DNA of 64,000 nucleotides from Lytechinus pictus. Taxonomy: Eukaryota. The position numbers and the translations under genes are program-made. The notes beneath the pieces were generated by a model. The model was not told the origin of the DNA. It did no database searches and was given only the letters and a program-made list of their open reading frames with translations. The stretch lies in assembly GCF_037042905.1 (NCBI RefSeq), contig NC_087252.1:1676001-1740000 (forward strand). The letters run 5' to 3'. Positions 26,101 to 36,802 of this stretch are shown here, piece after piece. How positions within the stretch are numbered: position 1 is the stretch's first letter; each line of letters begins with the position of its first letter.

Positions 26101-29100
26101 CAAGAGACCGAGGGAAAAAGGTAAAATTATATTTTTAGTATAGTCTGATAATGTCGTTCCAAATAATCATATTTATTTACATTGTCATGAAAAAGAAAAA
26201 TGTTTATTATCTATGAAACTGTGTTTATGCATTATTACATATAGAAATTGCGCAATATAAATGAGAATTATTATCATTATTATCTCTAATACTTGTATTA
26301 ATTTGTATCATTTTATTGTACAAAGTAATAGACTCAATAACATAAGCAAACAAACATTTCAGAAACAGACAACAGACAAACATTCATGTTTACACATTAA
26401 TGTTAGGATATAAGTTGGACTGCTTACATGGATTACTAAAGTATTTTTCAGTTTCGTAGTTCGAAAGTTTGTTGTATCATAAGCAACGAATAATTTACTT
26501 GTTTGTTATGAATCATTTTTCTTATATGCAGCTCAACGGAAAAATCAAGAAGAACTAGAAATGCTTGGTATGTATCTATCTGAAAATAAATAGGGTCTAA
26601 CTTTTGCTCGAGTTATATCAAGAGAAGGGGGGGGGTCAGCTACACTGTAAAAACGCTGTTTAAAATCTTTAAACAACTGTTTAAACCTTTTAAACAACTG
26701 TTTAAACTTTTTAAACAAGTTGGTTAAAAAGTTTAAACAATTACAAACAAGTTTAAACAACTTGTTGTTAGAGTGACAGGCTTAAACAACGGTTTTATTT
26801 TACTGTGTAAAGTTAATACCCATCTTGTTCATGAGACACTGTTACAGATAATTAGAACACCCACTCATCATCTCTGGATATTCAAAATTTTCAGCTTGCG
26901 CTCCACGCTCGCATAATTTATTGTGTGAAAATCGTCTCCACGATCGATTCACAGCAAACAGATCTTAACAGATCCGTTTGCAAGTCAGTATAGCCTAAAT
27001 CAAATATTTTAGCGCGGGCTGCTCGCTCAATGATGTGAAGCACCCCCCAAAAAAAAAATTGGTCTGAATACTATTAATATATCGTATCATAATCAGTTCA
27101 CTGATCCGCTAATTTGCCCTCGAGTTATTTTAATCAGTATTCCTTTGAAGGACGCACCGCCGTTTAATTTAATTTCCGATGATTATAATAATATGTTCTT
27201 CTGTATTCACTTAGATAAAACCACTGAAGAAAAACGAAAAAAGGTGTTGGCTTTCAGACCCCAGAACACCACCAAATCTCCTTCAGGTGGAAGTGATGAT
27301 CGTCCTCCACCCATACACCTCGGTGTCTTCGGCCTATCACGAGCTGGAAAGTCTGCCTTCATCAATTCTTTATTCTTTGCTGTTACAGGTAGGCCTATAG
27401 TTTGGGATGAAATGTCGATATAGGCCTATCAAACAAAATATTTTTCGCGGTTGTAACTATTTCCTCATATCCACTGTTTGCAAAAATAGTTAACACGAAT
27501 TCATATGAAATGAGGATTAAATTAGAGATTAATTGCTTATGCTTGAATTAGACAGGAAAAATATCCGAATTTTCATTACTCATACCTCGGTCACATTTTG
27601 TTCTACGACGGCCGTACGGCGAGTCGAAAACAGCCGTTTTGACATTTTTGTACCAGCTAAAAATAGGTGGTTTGAGTAAAAATGAATAAAACGGCTGTTT
27701 TCAACTCGCCGTACGGCCGCCGTAGAGCAAATGTGACCGAGGTATGAAGGTCCGCTCACTGACTCCTTTTATGAAATAAATATACATGTATTCCGCCATC
27801 TCGTGACGAGATCTTATTCATCACTAATAACACTGACAAAGTCCCCATTCTTCAACCATGTCAAAAATAATTGGTCCAAAGTTTCAGAGGTCCCCCCATT
27901 TTGTGCAAAGAAAGGATCGTATGTATGCATTATCAATCATCTGATTCATCTATATTAAATAACAAATCAAGGGGACGGGTTGGTTGGAATGAATACCGTT
28001 TGCTTTTCTTGTTTTAGTCCGGGGGGGGGGGAGGGCACTTACATTGACGAGTGGATACCATGCGCGACCCCCAAAACACGTGAAAAGGATGTCTTTTTAA
28101 AGATAGGGCACGTAACGTAATAAGGGTGTTAAAAACGCTAAAATAATGAAAAAAGGGTATCAATTTTCGCTAGGAAAAATACCTGTTTAGGGTCAAATTT
28201 GAGAGGGTGTAAAAATTGAGACTAAAATCTTTTATAAAGGACTACTTTTTGCCCCATGAGTCAACACTACGTGTTTAGAATACGATTTTGTGCGAGATGT
28301 GGGAGGTGGGGCTGTACTCAACCAATCAGGTAAAGGTAAAAACGACGACAGTGTCAGTGACATAACAGTAAATATCGTATACTTGTTTAGGGGGTCAATT
28401 CAGAGAATACTCGCGAGGAGTATCGTTTTGTTTCCAATACTTGTTTAGGGTAGGGTTTCACACGCCAATACTTGTTAAGGGGTGTATTTTCAGAATATGG
28501 AAAATACGTTTTAGGGTGCTGCTTTTCGAGACCCCATGGTCGCGCATGGTATCCACTCGTCAATGGAAGTCCCCTCCCCCTGGGGGTGTTAGTACAGGCG
28601 GACGAAGGCATCTCTACTCTCTTTATTCATAAAATGAATATTACAATGTTCTTTTTCAAATAGGCAATTATTCTTCTCATATCGCCGACGAGTCGAACCA
28701 AAAAAATCAGAGGACAAAATGGAGAGAAGCTAAAACCCTGACTCCTTATATAAACATATTGGATAATAGAGGTCTAAAGAATTACAACAACGTCATTTCC
28801 GAACCCATGGAACAGATTAGTAAGTCATCGTTGTTTTCTTAATTTCTTGTTGGGGCAGTGGTAATGGTCGCCCCCTCAAAAAAGAAAAAAAACCAAAGCA
28901 CGCCAATATAGAGCCAAAACGGGGAGAAGGAAAAAATCAGTGGAGAAAAAGAAGATGAAGTATCTTTGTGGGTTTTACATGTGCATGTATTATATCATGG
29001 AGGTAGAAAGAAATTCTACCTCCATGATTATATTATAATCAGGATAATATTTGTATTCGTGTTTGTCATGTTTGTAGGAGGAAGGAGAGGACAGATCCCC

Positions 29101-30646
29101 CAAAGGACAGTAAAAGATGGCGATGTCGTGGATTGTCCCATTCTGATATGTAATTTCAGGTAAACACATTTATATGATCAGTATTTTTTATGATTATTTA
29201 CGGTTGGCATTTCTCCCATCACATATTTTCATTTGATTATCAGTCGGGACTCTTTGTAAGGTTTCAGAGTTTAGCAGCCCCTTGAAATAAATCACTTACT
29301 ATAATCGTGTAGTAGGTCCCACGGAATATATATCAATGACTTTGTGAGTGTGTTAGCATGGACCTAGCTGTAGTATAGGTTCATGGTGATAGTAAGCCTA
29401 CTGAATCATATTTATGGTAAAACAACTTTCCTCTTTCTGTCATGTCTATTCTGATAATATTATAGTAAAGAGAGTCGTGATGAAAATGCTACGAAGTTTA
29501 TCTCGGATTTTTCAAGAGAAGTTTATGAGCTATTAGGTGAGTATTATGATGACACCATCAGGTAATCATATGTGACATTATTTTGATAACGATGCTGCAG
29601 GCCGAATCAACTCAAACTTGATATTGGTATTAATCTTTGAACTTGTTTCTTTCAAACCGCGCAGAAATGAACGTCTGAAAACATCCAAACTATGAACGCG
29701 ATTTTCTCGAAATCATGTTTTGGAGACAAGCCGAGGTTTGAGCCGTTTCGTAAAATCACTGACGAATTTTGAACTAAACTGAGACTTTATTATAGATATT
29801 TATGTATTCTATGAATTATCTATCTAAAAAAAAAAGGTGTTTTGGTGCATCTTGATGCACACGACTGATATTGTTATATAATTTTTGTTTTGTTGAAGCA
29901 ATAAAGATCAAGAAAAAAAACCTCAAACTGTATTATCTTATCATTATGTCAAAACATTAAAAAAAAAAAAAAAAAAAATATGACTCATGTCTAGCAAACA
30001 GGTTTTCTTTCCATCACCTCTACTTTAAAGTGTATTTTTCGCGAATAAAGAAATCAGTAAACAAATAAAAGATTTCAGAAATTGATGGGTGTCGACTACT
30101 CACGCTTTCTATTCATCGGGGGGGGGGGTGGCACTTTGAAATATTTCGTAATGTCCTTCCCCCAGATGAATAAATTTTTCTGCGGATCGAGACCATTGAG
30201 ATCAAATTATCGAGGCATCTTCTTTGTCGGAATAGAGTACCGGACAAATATTTTACCTATAAAAGATAGTTACATTTCATCAAATATATGTTTTTTAAAT
30301 CAAACACGATCAAACAGTGTACGTGCAGAGCAAAGTGAATGCGATTAATTTATTTTATGGTTTACCATTAGGTCGACGTTTGGTTGTTGTTTTGACACAC
30401 AAGGATGAATTGGCAAAGGATGACGATGGAATAGATAATATGAGAAACTGGCTTGTCAAAGAGTGTGAAATACCTCCTGATCATGTATTGATCGTTGAAA
30501 ACTACACTCAAGAAAACCATGAGGAGAACGTTATAAAGAGTAATGAACTCTTGGACTTTCTCTTAATATGTACGGATCTAGCCAAACAAAACATCGCCTT
30601 TAGACAGAAGAACGAAGCCCAAAAGGGGTCTTGTATTATTTTGTAA
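22631..30646 (+). CDS. Predicted type I membrane protein: signal peptide, 2 Ig domains, TM helix, IFI44-like P-loop GTPase, C-terminal CaaX; 565 aa, 11 exons
   Basis: join(22631-22676, 23323-23472, 24128-24328, 24727-25122, 26010-26120, 26532-26567, 27215-27388, 28664-28819, 29078-29159, 29466-29536, 30372-30646) = 1698 nt. Every intron is GT-AG, phases are compatible and there is no internal stop. Confidence 0.82.
22976..23016 (+). ncRNA. Candidate minimal type I hammerhead ribozyme in a Penelope-like relic between (TA)n tracts
   Basis: cttcc-CTGAAGA-a-GGTAG atgc CTACC-GAAA-attt-ggaaag: conserved core, 5-bp stem II, ttcc/ggaa stem I and palindromic aaattt stem III. Confidence 0.55.
23323..23472 (+). 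CDS. Ig-GTPase exon 2 (N-half of V/I-set Ig domain)
   Basis: ttgttag | ...GASLKCSFQENPIAVYWLK g|gtaaat; B-strand Cys and C-strand Trp. Confidence 0.88.
24128..24328 (+). CDS. Ig-GTPase exon 3 (C-half of V/I-set Ig domain)
   Basis: ...FSLLFEHPGISDTGRYYCRV...TDLTVL g|gtgagg; DxGxYxC motif. Confidence 0.9.
24727..25122 (+). CDS. Ig-GTPase exon 4 (second, C-type Ig domain)
   Basis: cctaaag | ...LELDCIVEGAHQPVLLTW...RLICMAQG...VNVTIQF g|gtatgt; N-glycosylation sequons NTT, NAT, NVT. Confidence 0.88.
26010..26120 (+). CDS. Ig-GTPase exon 5 (transmembrane helix)
   Basis: gtcag | GPSTVGIVVGVIFILAVISALVAFVVWKKLIKRPREK g|gtaaaa; 23 hydrophobic residues then a basic stop-transfer stretch. Confidence 0.88.
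26532..26567 (+). CDS. Ig-GTPase exon 6 (36-nt linker)
   Basis: tttttcttatatgcag | AQRKNQEELEML g|gtatgt; phase 1-1. Confidence 0.72.
26641..26809. mobile_element. Short CAC-ended MITE (EnSpm/CACTA-like) with internal tttaaacaa repeats
   Basis: tacactgtaaaa ... ttttactgtgta. Confidence 0.65.
27215..27388 (+). CDS. Ig-GTPase exon 7 (G1/Walker A)
   Basis: cacttag | DKTTEEKRKKVLAFRP...IHLGVFGLSRAGKSAFINSLFFAVT g|gtaggc. Confidence 0.9.
27583..27744. mobile_element. Palindromic MITE (Harbinger-like)
   Basis: ~58-bp arms tacctcggtcacattt...aaaacagccgtttt / aaaacggctgtttt...aaatgtgaccgaggta; TCA/TGA flanks. Confidence 0.75.
28019..28585. mobile_element. MITE with ~50-bp TIRs
   Basis: cattgacgagtggataccatgcgcgacc / ggtcgcgcatggtatccactcgtcaatg; flanks gttttagt / gtgttagt (8 bp, one mismatch). 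Confidence 0.78.
28664..28819 (+). CDS. Ig-GTPase exon 8 (G2/G3)
   Basis: tttcaaatag | GNYSSHIADESNQKNQRTKWREAKTLTPYINILDNRGLKNYNNVISEPMEQI a|gtaagt; DxxG present. Confidence 0.87.
29078..29159 (+). CDS. Ig-GTPase exon 9
   Basis: tttgtag | RGRRGQIPQRTVKDGDVVDCPILICNF ag|gtaaac. Confidence 0.8.
29357..29385. mobile_element. 29-bp CATGGACCTA-type palindromic insert (older copy)
   Basis: gtgttag-CATGGACCTA-gctgtagta-TAGGTTCATG-gtgatag. Confidence 0.65.
29466..29536 (+). CDS. Ig-GTPase exon 10
   Basis: attatag | SKESRDENATKFISDFSREVYELL g|gtgagt; bridges phase 2 to phase 1 exactly as required. Confidence 0.8.
30372..30646 (+). CDS. Ig-GTPase exon 11 (G4 motif and CaaX)
   Basis: ccattag | GRRLVVVLTHKDEL...HVLIVENYT...KGSCIIL*. 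Confidence 0.9.
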
Positions 30647-31631
30647 GCATTTTCCCCCTTGTAAGTGAACTTTAATAATTGTTATAATCCATCAACATTT
30701 TCGATTATTGTTGACAAATGTATATAGGTCTGCACAACAACAACAACAACAACAGCAACAACAAATACAAAAGGTGGAAAGGGCCAAGGAGTTTCATTGT
30801 TTTCCATCGTTTTGTAAAAACGTTGTCACCATGGTCAGGGGTAATTAAACTCTTCATATCCTTTCGTTTTTAGAGTGTATTTTGTTTTGGTTTGTATTAT
30901 AGAGGTTCGGAGTGGACTGAGGGTTTCATAAATGCTCTGCTATTGTTATTTTGCTATTATTACTTATGATATGAGCATTATTCCAAAATTACCCCCAAAA
31001 ATGAACAAGAAAAATGGAGGAAAATCTCACAATAGTGAAAAGTCCTTTTTTCTTTTAAGATGACATTGTCTACCCATCTTTATCTGTAAAAGAGAGAATC
31101 GAGAGGTTTTTCAACCTTCTGACTGCATTATTGTACTTTATTTGGAATACTAATACACACTATTCCGACGAGTGTTGCTGGAGGGGGGAAGTTTATTTTG
31201 CTGACTTTGTATTATACAGTAAAAAAAATAAAGAGGCGCATTTGACCTTTGATGTAAATATATACAAGTTAAAGTCTTTAAGTTTGTTTCACTCTGGGGG
31301 TCAGGGGCTGCTTTCTCCTTGCCCTCAACAGAAAAATATATGATATGTGTAGTGTCATGGTCTTAAGTTTTTTTTTCAGATCATAATTATGTATTGTTTA
31401 ATATTATGAAATGTGAGCCATAAGATGGATTTTTTGTGCAAAGTTTGTTTTGTGTATAGTTCAATTAAATTGAAAAAATGACAAGTCTTGAACTGTTTAA
31501 AATTCTCAATTTTGTGATGTTCCCTGTGAAAAGATCCTGGCCTCCTTGACGTAACTCCCTCATAATGTAAAATCAACAAACCGCTAGTGTTGCGTAAGTT
31601 ATGTGGAAAGTTCATGTAGAGAATTTATCAA

Positions 31632-32220
31632 AGGGATGCCCCGGGCTAAAACTATTTATATCTGAATAATTAGAATAAAATGTAAATTTTATCAAAATCT
31701 GATGACAAATAGCGATTTTTTTTTTTTTAAGTTTAGCAATATATTGTGACAACAGTTATATGCAAGTCATCATGAATATTATTTAGATGAGCTGATGATG
31801 TCACATTCCCACTTTCCCTTTTCTCATGTTATTACATAAAATCATAAATGTTTCATTTTTTCATACATGTGCGAATAATTATGTCTCTCTTGTATTGAAA
31901 TAAGTTGCAGCAAGTAATATATCTAATGCACTTAAAAGTTGTTATTCCAATAATTCGCTTGCTGGGATAAAACTTGAATTACCCTAATTTCATATATATA
32001 ATAAAATATGAGAGAACAAGTGGGGATATGACATCATCAATCTGCTCATTGAATATTCATGAAGACATGCCTAGAACTGTTTCACAAGAATAATGCAAAT
32101 CTTTAAAATGCCATAACTTTGTTATTCGTAGTCCGATTTGGATCAAATTTTCAGTGTTTTGTTTGTCTGATTTTTCTTTATCTGTTTAAATCATATTATT
32201 TTTTAGCCCCGAGCATCCCT
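31632..32220. mobile_element. Kolobok-like non-autonomous element
   Basis: agggatgccccgggctaaaa / ttttagccccgagcatccct with degenerate TTAA-like flanks. Confidence 0.7.
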
Positions 32221-32724
32221 TAAACCTCTTCCAAACTTTTCGTTTTTAGAGTGTCCTTTTTCCTTCATTTTTTAAATTTGTATTATAACCATTAAATTTG
32301 CAGACGGTTTGGGCCCTGGCTGGATCGAGGGTTTAATAAATAATGCTGTATGATTTGTTATATCATTACCTGAATGTAATTTAATAATTTGAAAAAGAAA
32401 AATAGAGGAAAATCTTACAATGGTGAAAAGCCCCTCTTCATTTACGATGGTATTTACCTGTATATAGTACTCATTAAAATACTTTGAGAAAATAGAGAGA
32501 GAGAGAATCTGAGGGTTTTCAACCTTGGATGGCAGTATTTATCTTTTAGTAGTATTAGCAGAGACTAAATTGATTATAGTGTTTCATCGGATGCTGGAGA
32601 GGGGATGTTCATGTTGACTCTGTGTCAGTACGAAAGAATTAAAGGACACATTTTACCTTTATGAAATGTATAGAAGTTGTAAAATGAAAATTGATAAAAA
32701 ATTATTACAATCTCTAGTGATGCG

Positions 32725-34264
32725 TACACACAAAAAACGAGAACTATTTTCCATGAGTAAAATTGTTTTTTACATAAAGAATTAAGTGCAAAAATTCGTA
32801 ACGTATGTGTTTTTACTCGAGAATCTGGGTTTCTGTTACACCTGATCTTTTTTTCAAGGACATGACTTATTAACTACTTTTCTTGAGTATCCCTGTCAGT
32901 GAAAGTATGTAAAACGTCCGTACAAATGAGTTTTTCTTCAAGTTTGTAAGGTATGATAGCAGAACGGGTGAAAAAACTCACAGCCAGGTAAAGCGATAAT
33001 CTGACGATTAACTGCGCTGAGAAAATGAGTAGTATATGACTCTTGTATGTGAGTTTTGGGGTGTTGAGATCATGCATCCAAGTAATTTTACTCGGATCTC
33101 GCGTTAATTGCTTGCGCGCACACGTGATACCGGCCAAATGTGCAGAGCATGAAGACTTTTCTGGTAAGTTCTACATGTCTTTTTATTTATTTTCCCCCTT
33201 TTCTTCTATAATTACTTTTCTTGACAATAATAGCTTAGACCTACATGTATGGGGCAAACATAAATGCTATTTATGGTGACAACAGAGTGCATTGATCTAC
33301 ATTCTCATCCATCCGAGGCTCACGCCTCTCGGTTTGGGTAACCACACACCAGCCTGTTGTTGCGCCGCTACCCCGGGGCCAGAAGGGAGTGAAGGCCAGT
33401 GTGCCGCTACGATTGCTGGAGTCATTTATGAGGAGGGCAAATAAGTGACATCGTCCATGATTTATGTTTATGAGGAGGGCAAATAAGTGACATCGTCCAT
33501 GATTTATGTAATCATGGACGATGTCACTTATTTGCCCTCCTCATAAATGACTCCAGCAATCGTAGCGGCACACTGGCCTTCACTCCCTTCTGGCCCCGGG
33601 GTAGCGGCGCAACAACAGGCTGGTGTGTGGTTACCAAAACCGAGAGGCGTGAGCCTCGGATGGATGAGAATGTAGATCAATGCACCCTGTTGTCACCATA
33701 AATAGCATTTATGTTTGCCCCATACATGTAGGTCTAAGCTATTATTGTCAAGAAAAGTAATTATAGAAGAAAAGGGGGAAAATAAATAAAAAGACATGTA
33801 GAACTTACCAGAAAAGTCTTCATGCTCTGCACATTTGGCCGGTATCACGTGTGCGCGCAAGCAATTAACGCGAGATCCGAGTAAAATTACTTGGATGCAT
33901 GATCTCAACACCCCAAAACTCACATACAAGAGTCATATACTACTCATTTTCTCAGCGCAGTTAATCGTCAGATTATCGCTAAAACTAATCAAGTGTGTAA
34001 TATGCTCACATACTCAAAAAGTCAGTAAATATACTTTAAACATACTCATTACACTGGGTTAAGTTACTCATTAGATTGAGTTATTCAAATTTACTCACTT
34101 GATGTGTCACTATAGTGTCAAATGAAATATACTCGACAAGATGAGTTTTCAAAGTACCTTCATTGAGTGAAAGTACTCATCAAAGTATGTCGCTATAGTG
34201 TCAAAATTATTTTGACATTTGAGTACGATTACTAACACATGCAAGTTTCTGTTTTTTGTGTGTA
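32725..34264. mobile_element. CAC-ended MITE enclosing the large palindrome
   Basis: tacacacaaaaaac (32725) / gttttttgtgtgta (34264); internal actca/tgagt subrepeats. Confidence 0.65.
32992..33980. repeat. ~1-kb near-perfect inverted repeat (foldback)
   Basis: Arms 32992-33462 and 33510-33980. Only two mismatches noticed. A 42-bp tandem duplication sits at the centre. Confidence 0.95.
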
Positions 34265-35518
34265 AGTAAAGGGGAGAGGTTCACCCTGTCTTAGATGTTT
34301 TTTTAAACAAAAACAGAAAATAAACAAAATAATTATATTAATGAAGGTTCGGCCAAAATCAATCAAAGAATATCATCACATGCGACAAATAACAAAAAAT
34401 GTCATTTTCTCAGAGAATTGAAAATGTTTTTAGCTGTGTATTCAACGTATATCCCATAAAACATCATTTCCCTACGGCTTTAAAAAGATAAATATTGTCA
34501 GTTATCATAAACCATTGAAACACGAGTAAATGAGGGTGTATGTGTGTGCGTGTGTGTGTGGGGGGGGGGGGGGGGTGTACACCACTGTGTTTCATTGTTA
34601 ATTATGGAAAGCAAATTTCTATTTTTATTACATTGTATTGTTCAATCTTTATATGTGCATGTGTATTTGTAAATACTTTTGTTATCCACCACTGCTGGTT
34701 TTGTACTCTTATTTTGAATTAAAATGACCGTTGAATTCAATAATTCAAAATCAAAATTATTTACATAAAATGGCATATGACTATTCGCCAACTGCTTGCT
34801 CATGCATGACACCACATGCAGGTGTGCTAATAAGTTAGTGAAACTCACCATAAAATACACCCTTTCATGCTAAGTGTTGAATGTAATCAACACTACAATG
34901 TCCAGTGAGCCCAGAGAAACAAACTTTATTGAATTTTATCACCAGACTTCACGATTAAGTATCTAAAACATGGCAGAATTTGAACACCTGAATTCTGCTA
35001 TTTTTTGGTGGGGTTCACTAACTTTTGAGCACAACTGTATGACTCTAAATATTTGAGGTACATGTATGATCAAAATAATCTGAATCTATCCTCCTCTATC
35101 CTTCCCATCATGATGTTGGAAGCTTCCTATTAGCCCCCTCAAAAGTAAATAAATAAATGAATAAATAAATAGCCATAACTAATGCGTATTAATGTTTTTC
35201 AACTTATGGCTGATTAATAAATAAAACAACATGCATAAACAAATGAGTACAGTTTCATTCTTTCATATTGTCTGTTTATTGATATAATATATTTCAAAGA
35301 TTTTCTCAACATGATCAGGATTTATTGGATTATCAATACAGGGTTTCACAAGATAGATGCAAACAAATCAACAAATATCCACAAGACAGACATTTTTCAA
35401 ACTCCTATTACCGACCAAAATAGTTGAAGTCAGAGAATAATGTTTTCATGAATATTTTTTTCAAAATAAACACCCCAAATGTCACCACCATTTCAGTTTC
35501 TTTCATTAACGCGCACTA

Positions 35519-36469
35519 CAATGCGGATAAAAAAAGTTTACACTTTGAAAAAGCCCTGGGAATTAAAAAAATATACAACATGTAGATATTTTTTCACATA
35601 TAATCTTGGGTTTGGTTCTCATCTATCCAATGATAGTAAAATTTTTGACAGAATGTTACACTTGATTGAGCACTGTAAGCTCGCAGAAATGCTCGTTTTC
35701 ACGCTGTGTCAACGGGAAAGGGTGAAATCAAACTTACCCTGCGAAATACTTCACATACATATCCCTTGCACTTTTAGTCAATTGAAATAAAACGGATACA
35801 TTCAAGCATTTTGTAACAACTTTGCTACCCAAATTGAAATTTCAAACCTTAATAAGCCCAACCTTTACCCTTTTTGTGCCAGCTGGATCTGGGGACATAA
35901 CTGAATCTGAACAAAAGTTAATATCAGGCATTTCCAGCATTTTTTCACTAAGTTTTTATCATTTAAAGTGGGTTTACATTTCATCTTTTAATTTAATACT
36001 TGTTTCTCCATACTTTTCCTAAGCTTGACAATGATTAACAAAATGAAAATCAAGCCTAAGCCATTTCATGTAAATCACAGCTCAGTGTTAAGCAAAATAT
36101 CGTCACAATGGCCTTGGTGTGTGGGGGAGTGGGGTGGGGCGCAATGCACTCTTCGAAGTGTTTTGGGCAAGGAAACAAGTTAAAAAGGTAAAAGGTATAT
36201 CTTTAAATCAATTTTACTAGCTAAATTCCACGTGTTCTTCATGATTAAGGTCTACTTTTATTTGCAAACTATTTCAAAGTTCTGCGCAAATCATTTTCAC
36301 TAACTTTTCAAAGGTAAGTGGTGATCACTCAAGCGGAAATATTTTTTGACAGTTAAATCCTCATTTGGATCTGTACCAATTATGAAATGTGGAAAAATCC
36401 TCAGGATATTACAAATGTATAGTTTCATAGGATTTTTTTCTAAGTGTAAGCTCTTTTTAATACGCACTT
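35519..36469. mobile_element. Tc1/mariner-type non-autonomous element
   Basis: TA-caatgcggataaaaaaagtttacactttgaaaaa ... tttttctaagtgtaagctctttttaatacgcactt-TA (imperfect TIR). Confidence 0.7.
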
Positions 36470-36539
36470 TATATAAGGTTGTTTTACTAACCATAATGCA
36501 CTGGGGTACATGTACATATTATGACACACATGGATTAAC

Positions 36540-36802
36540 AATCAGGTACATGCATGTATTTGATTGTATTCTTTTATGAAAACGGGTCTCATTTTTCTAC
36601 AGGTGATAATTATGAATGACACCTTCACTCAATCAATCTGGTACATGTATTTGATTTCAATCTTTTGTGAAAACGGGTCTCATTGTTTCTACAGGGTGAA
36701 CATTATGAATGATATTTTCATTTCAATCAATCAGACACATGTATTTTATTGTCTTCCTTGGTGCAAACAGGTCTCAGTGTGTAATGAGTATTTTCAATCA
36801 GT
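36540..36802. repeat. Degenerate ~90-bp tandem repeat x3
   Basis: caatc..gtacatgtattt...gaaaacgggtctcatt..ttctacagg...attatgaatga recurs. Confidence 0.65.

Noticed and set aside
33043..33929. Pair of identical 78-aa ORFs on opposite strands
   Set aside because: A by-product of the palindrome; non-ATG start and no domain.
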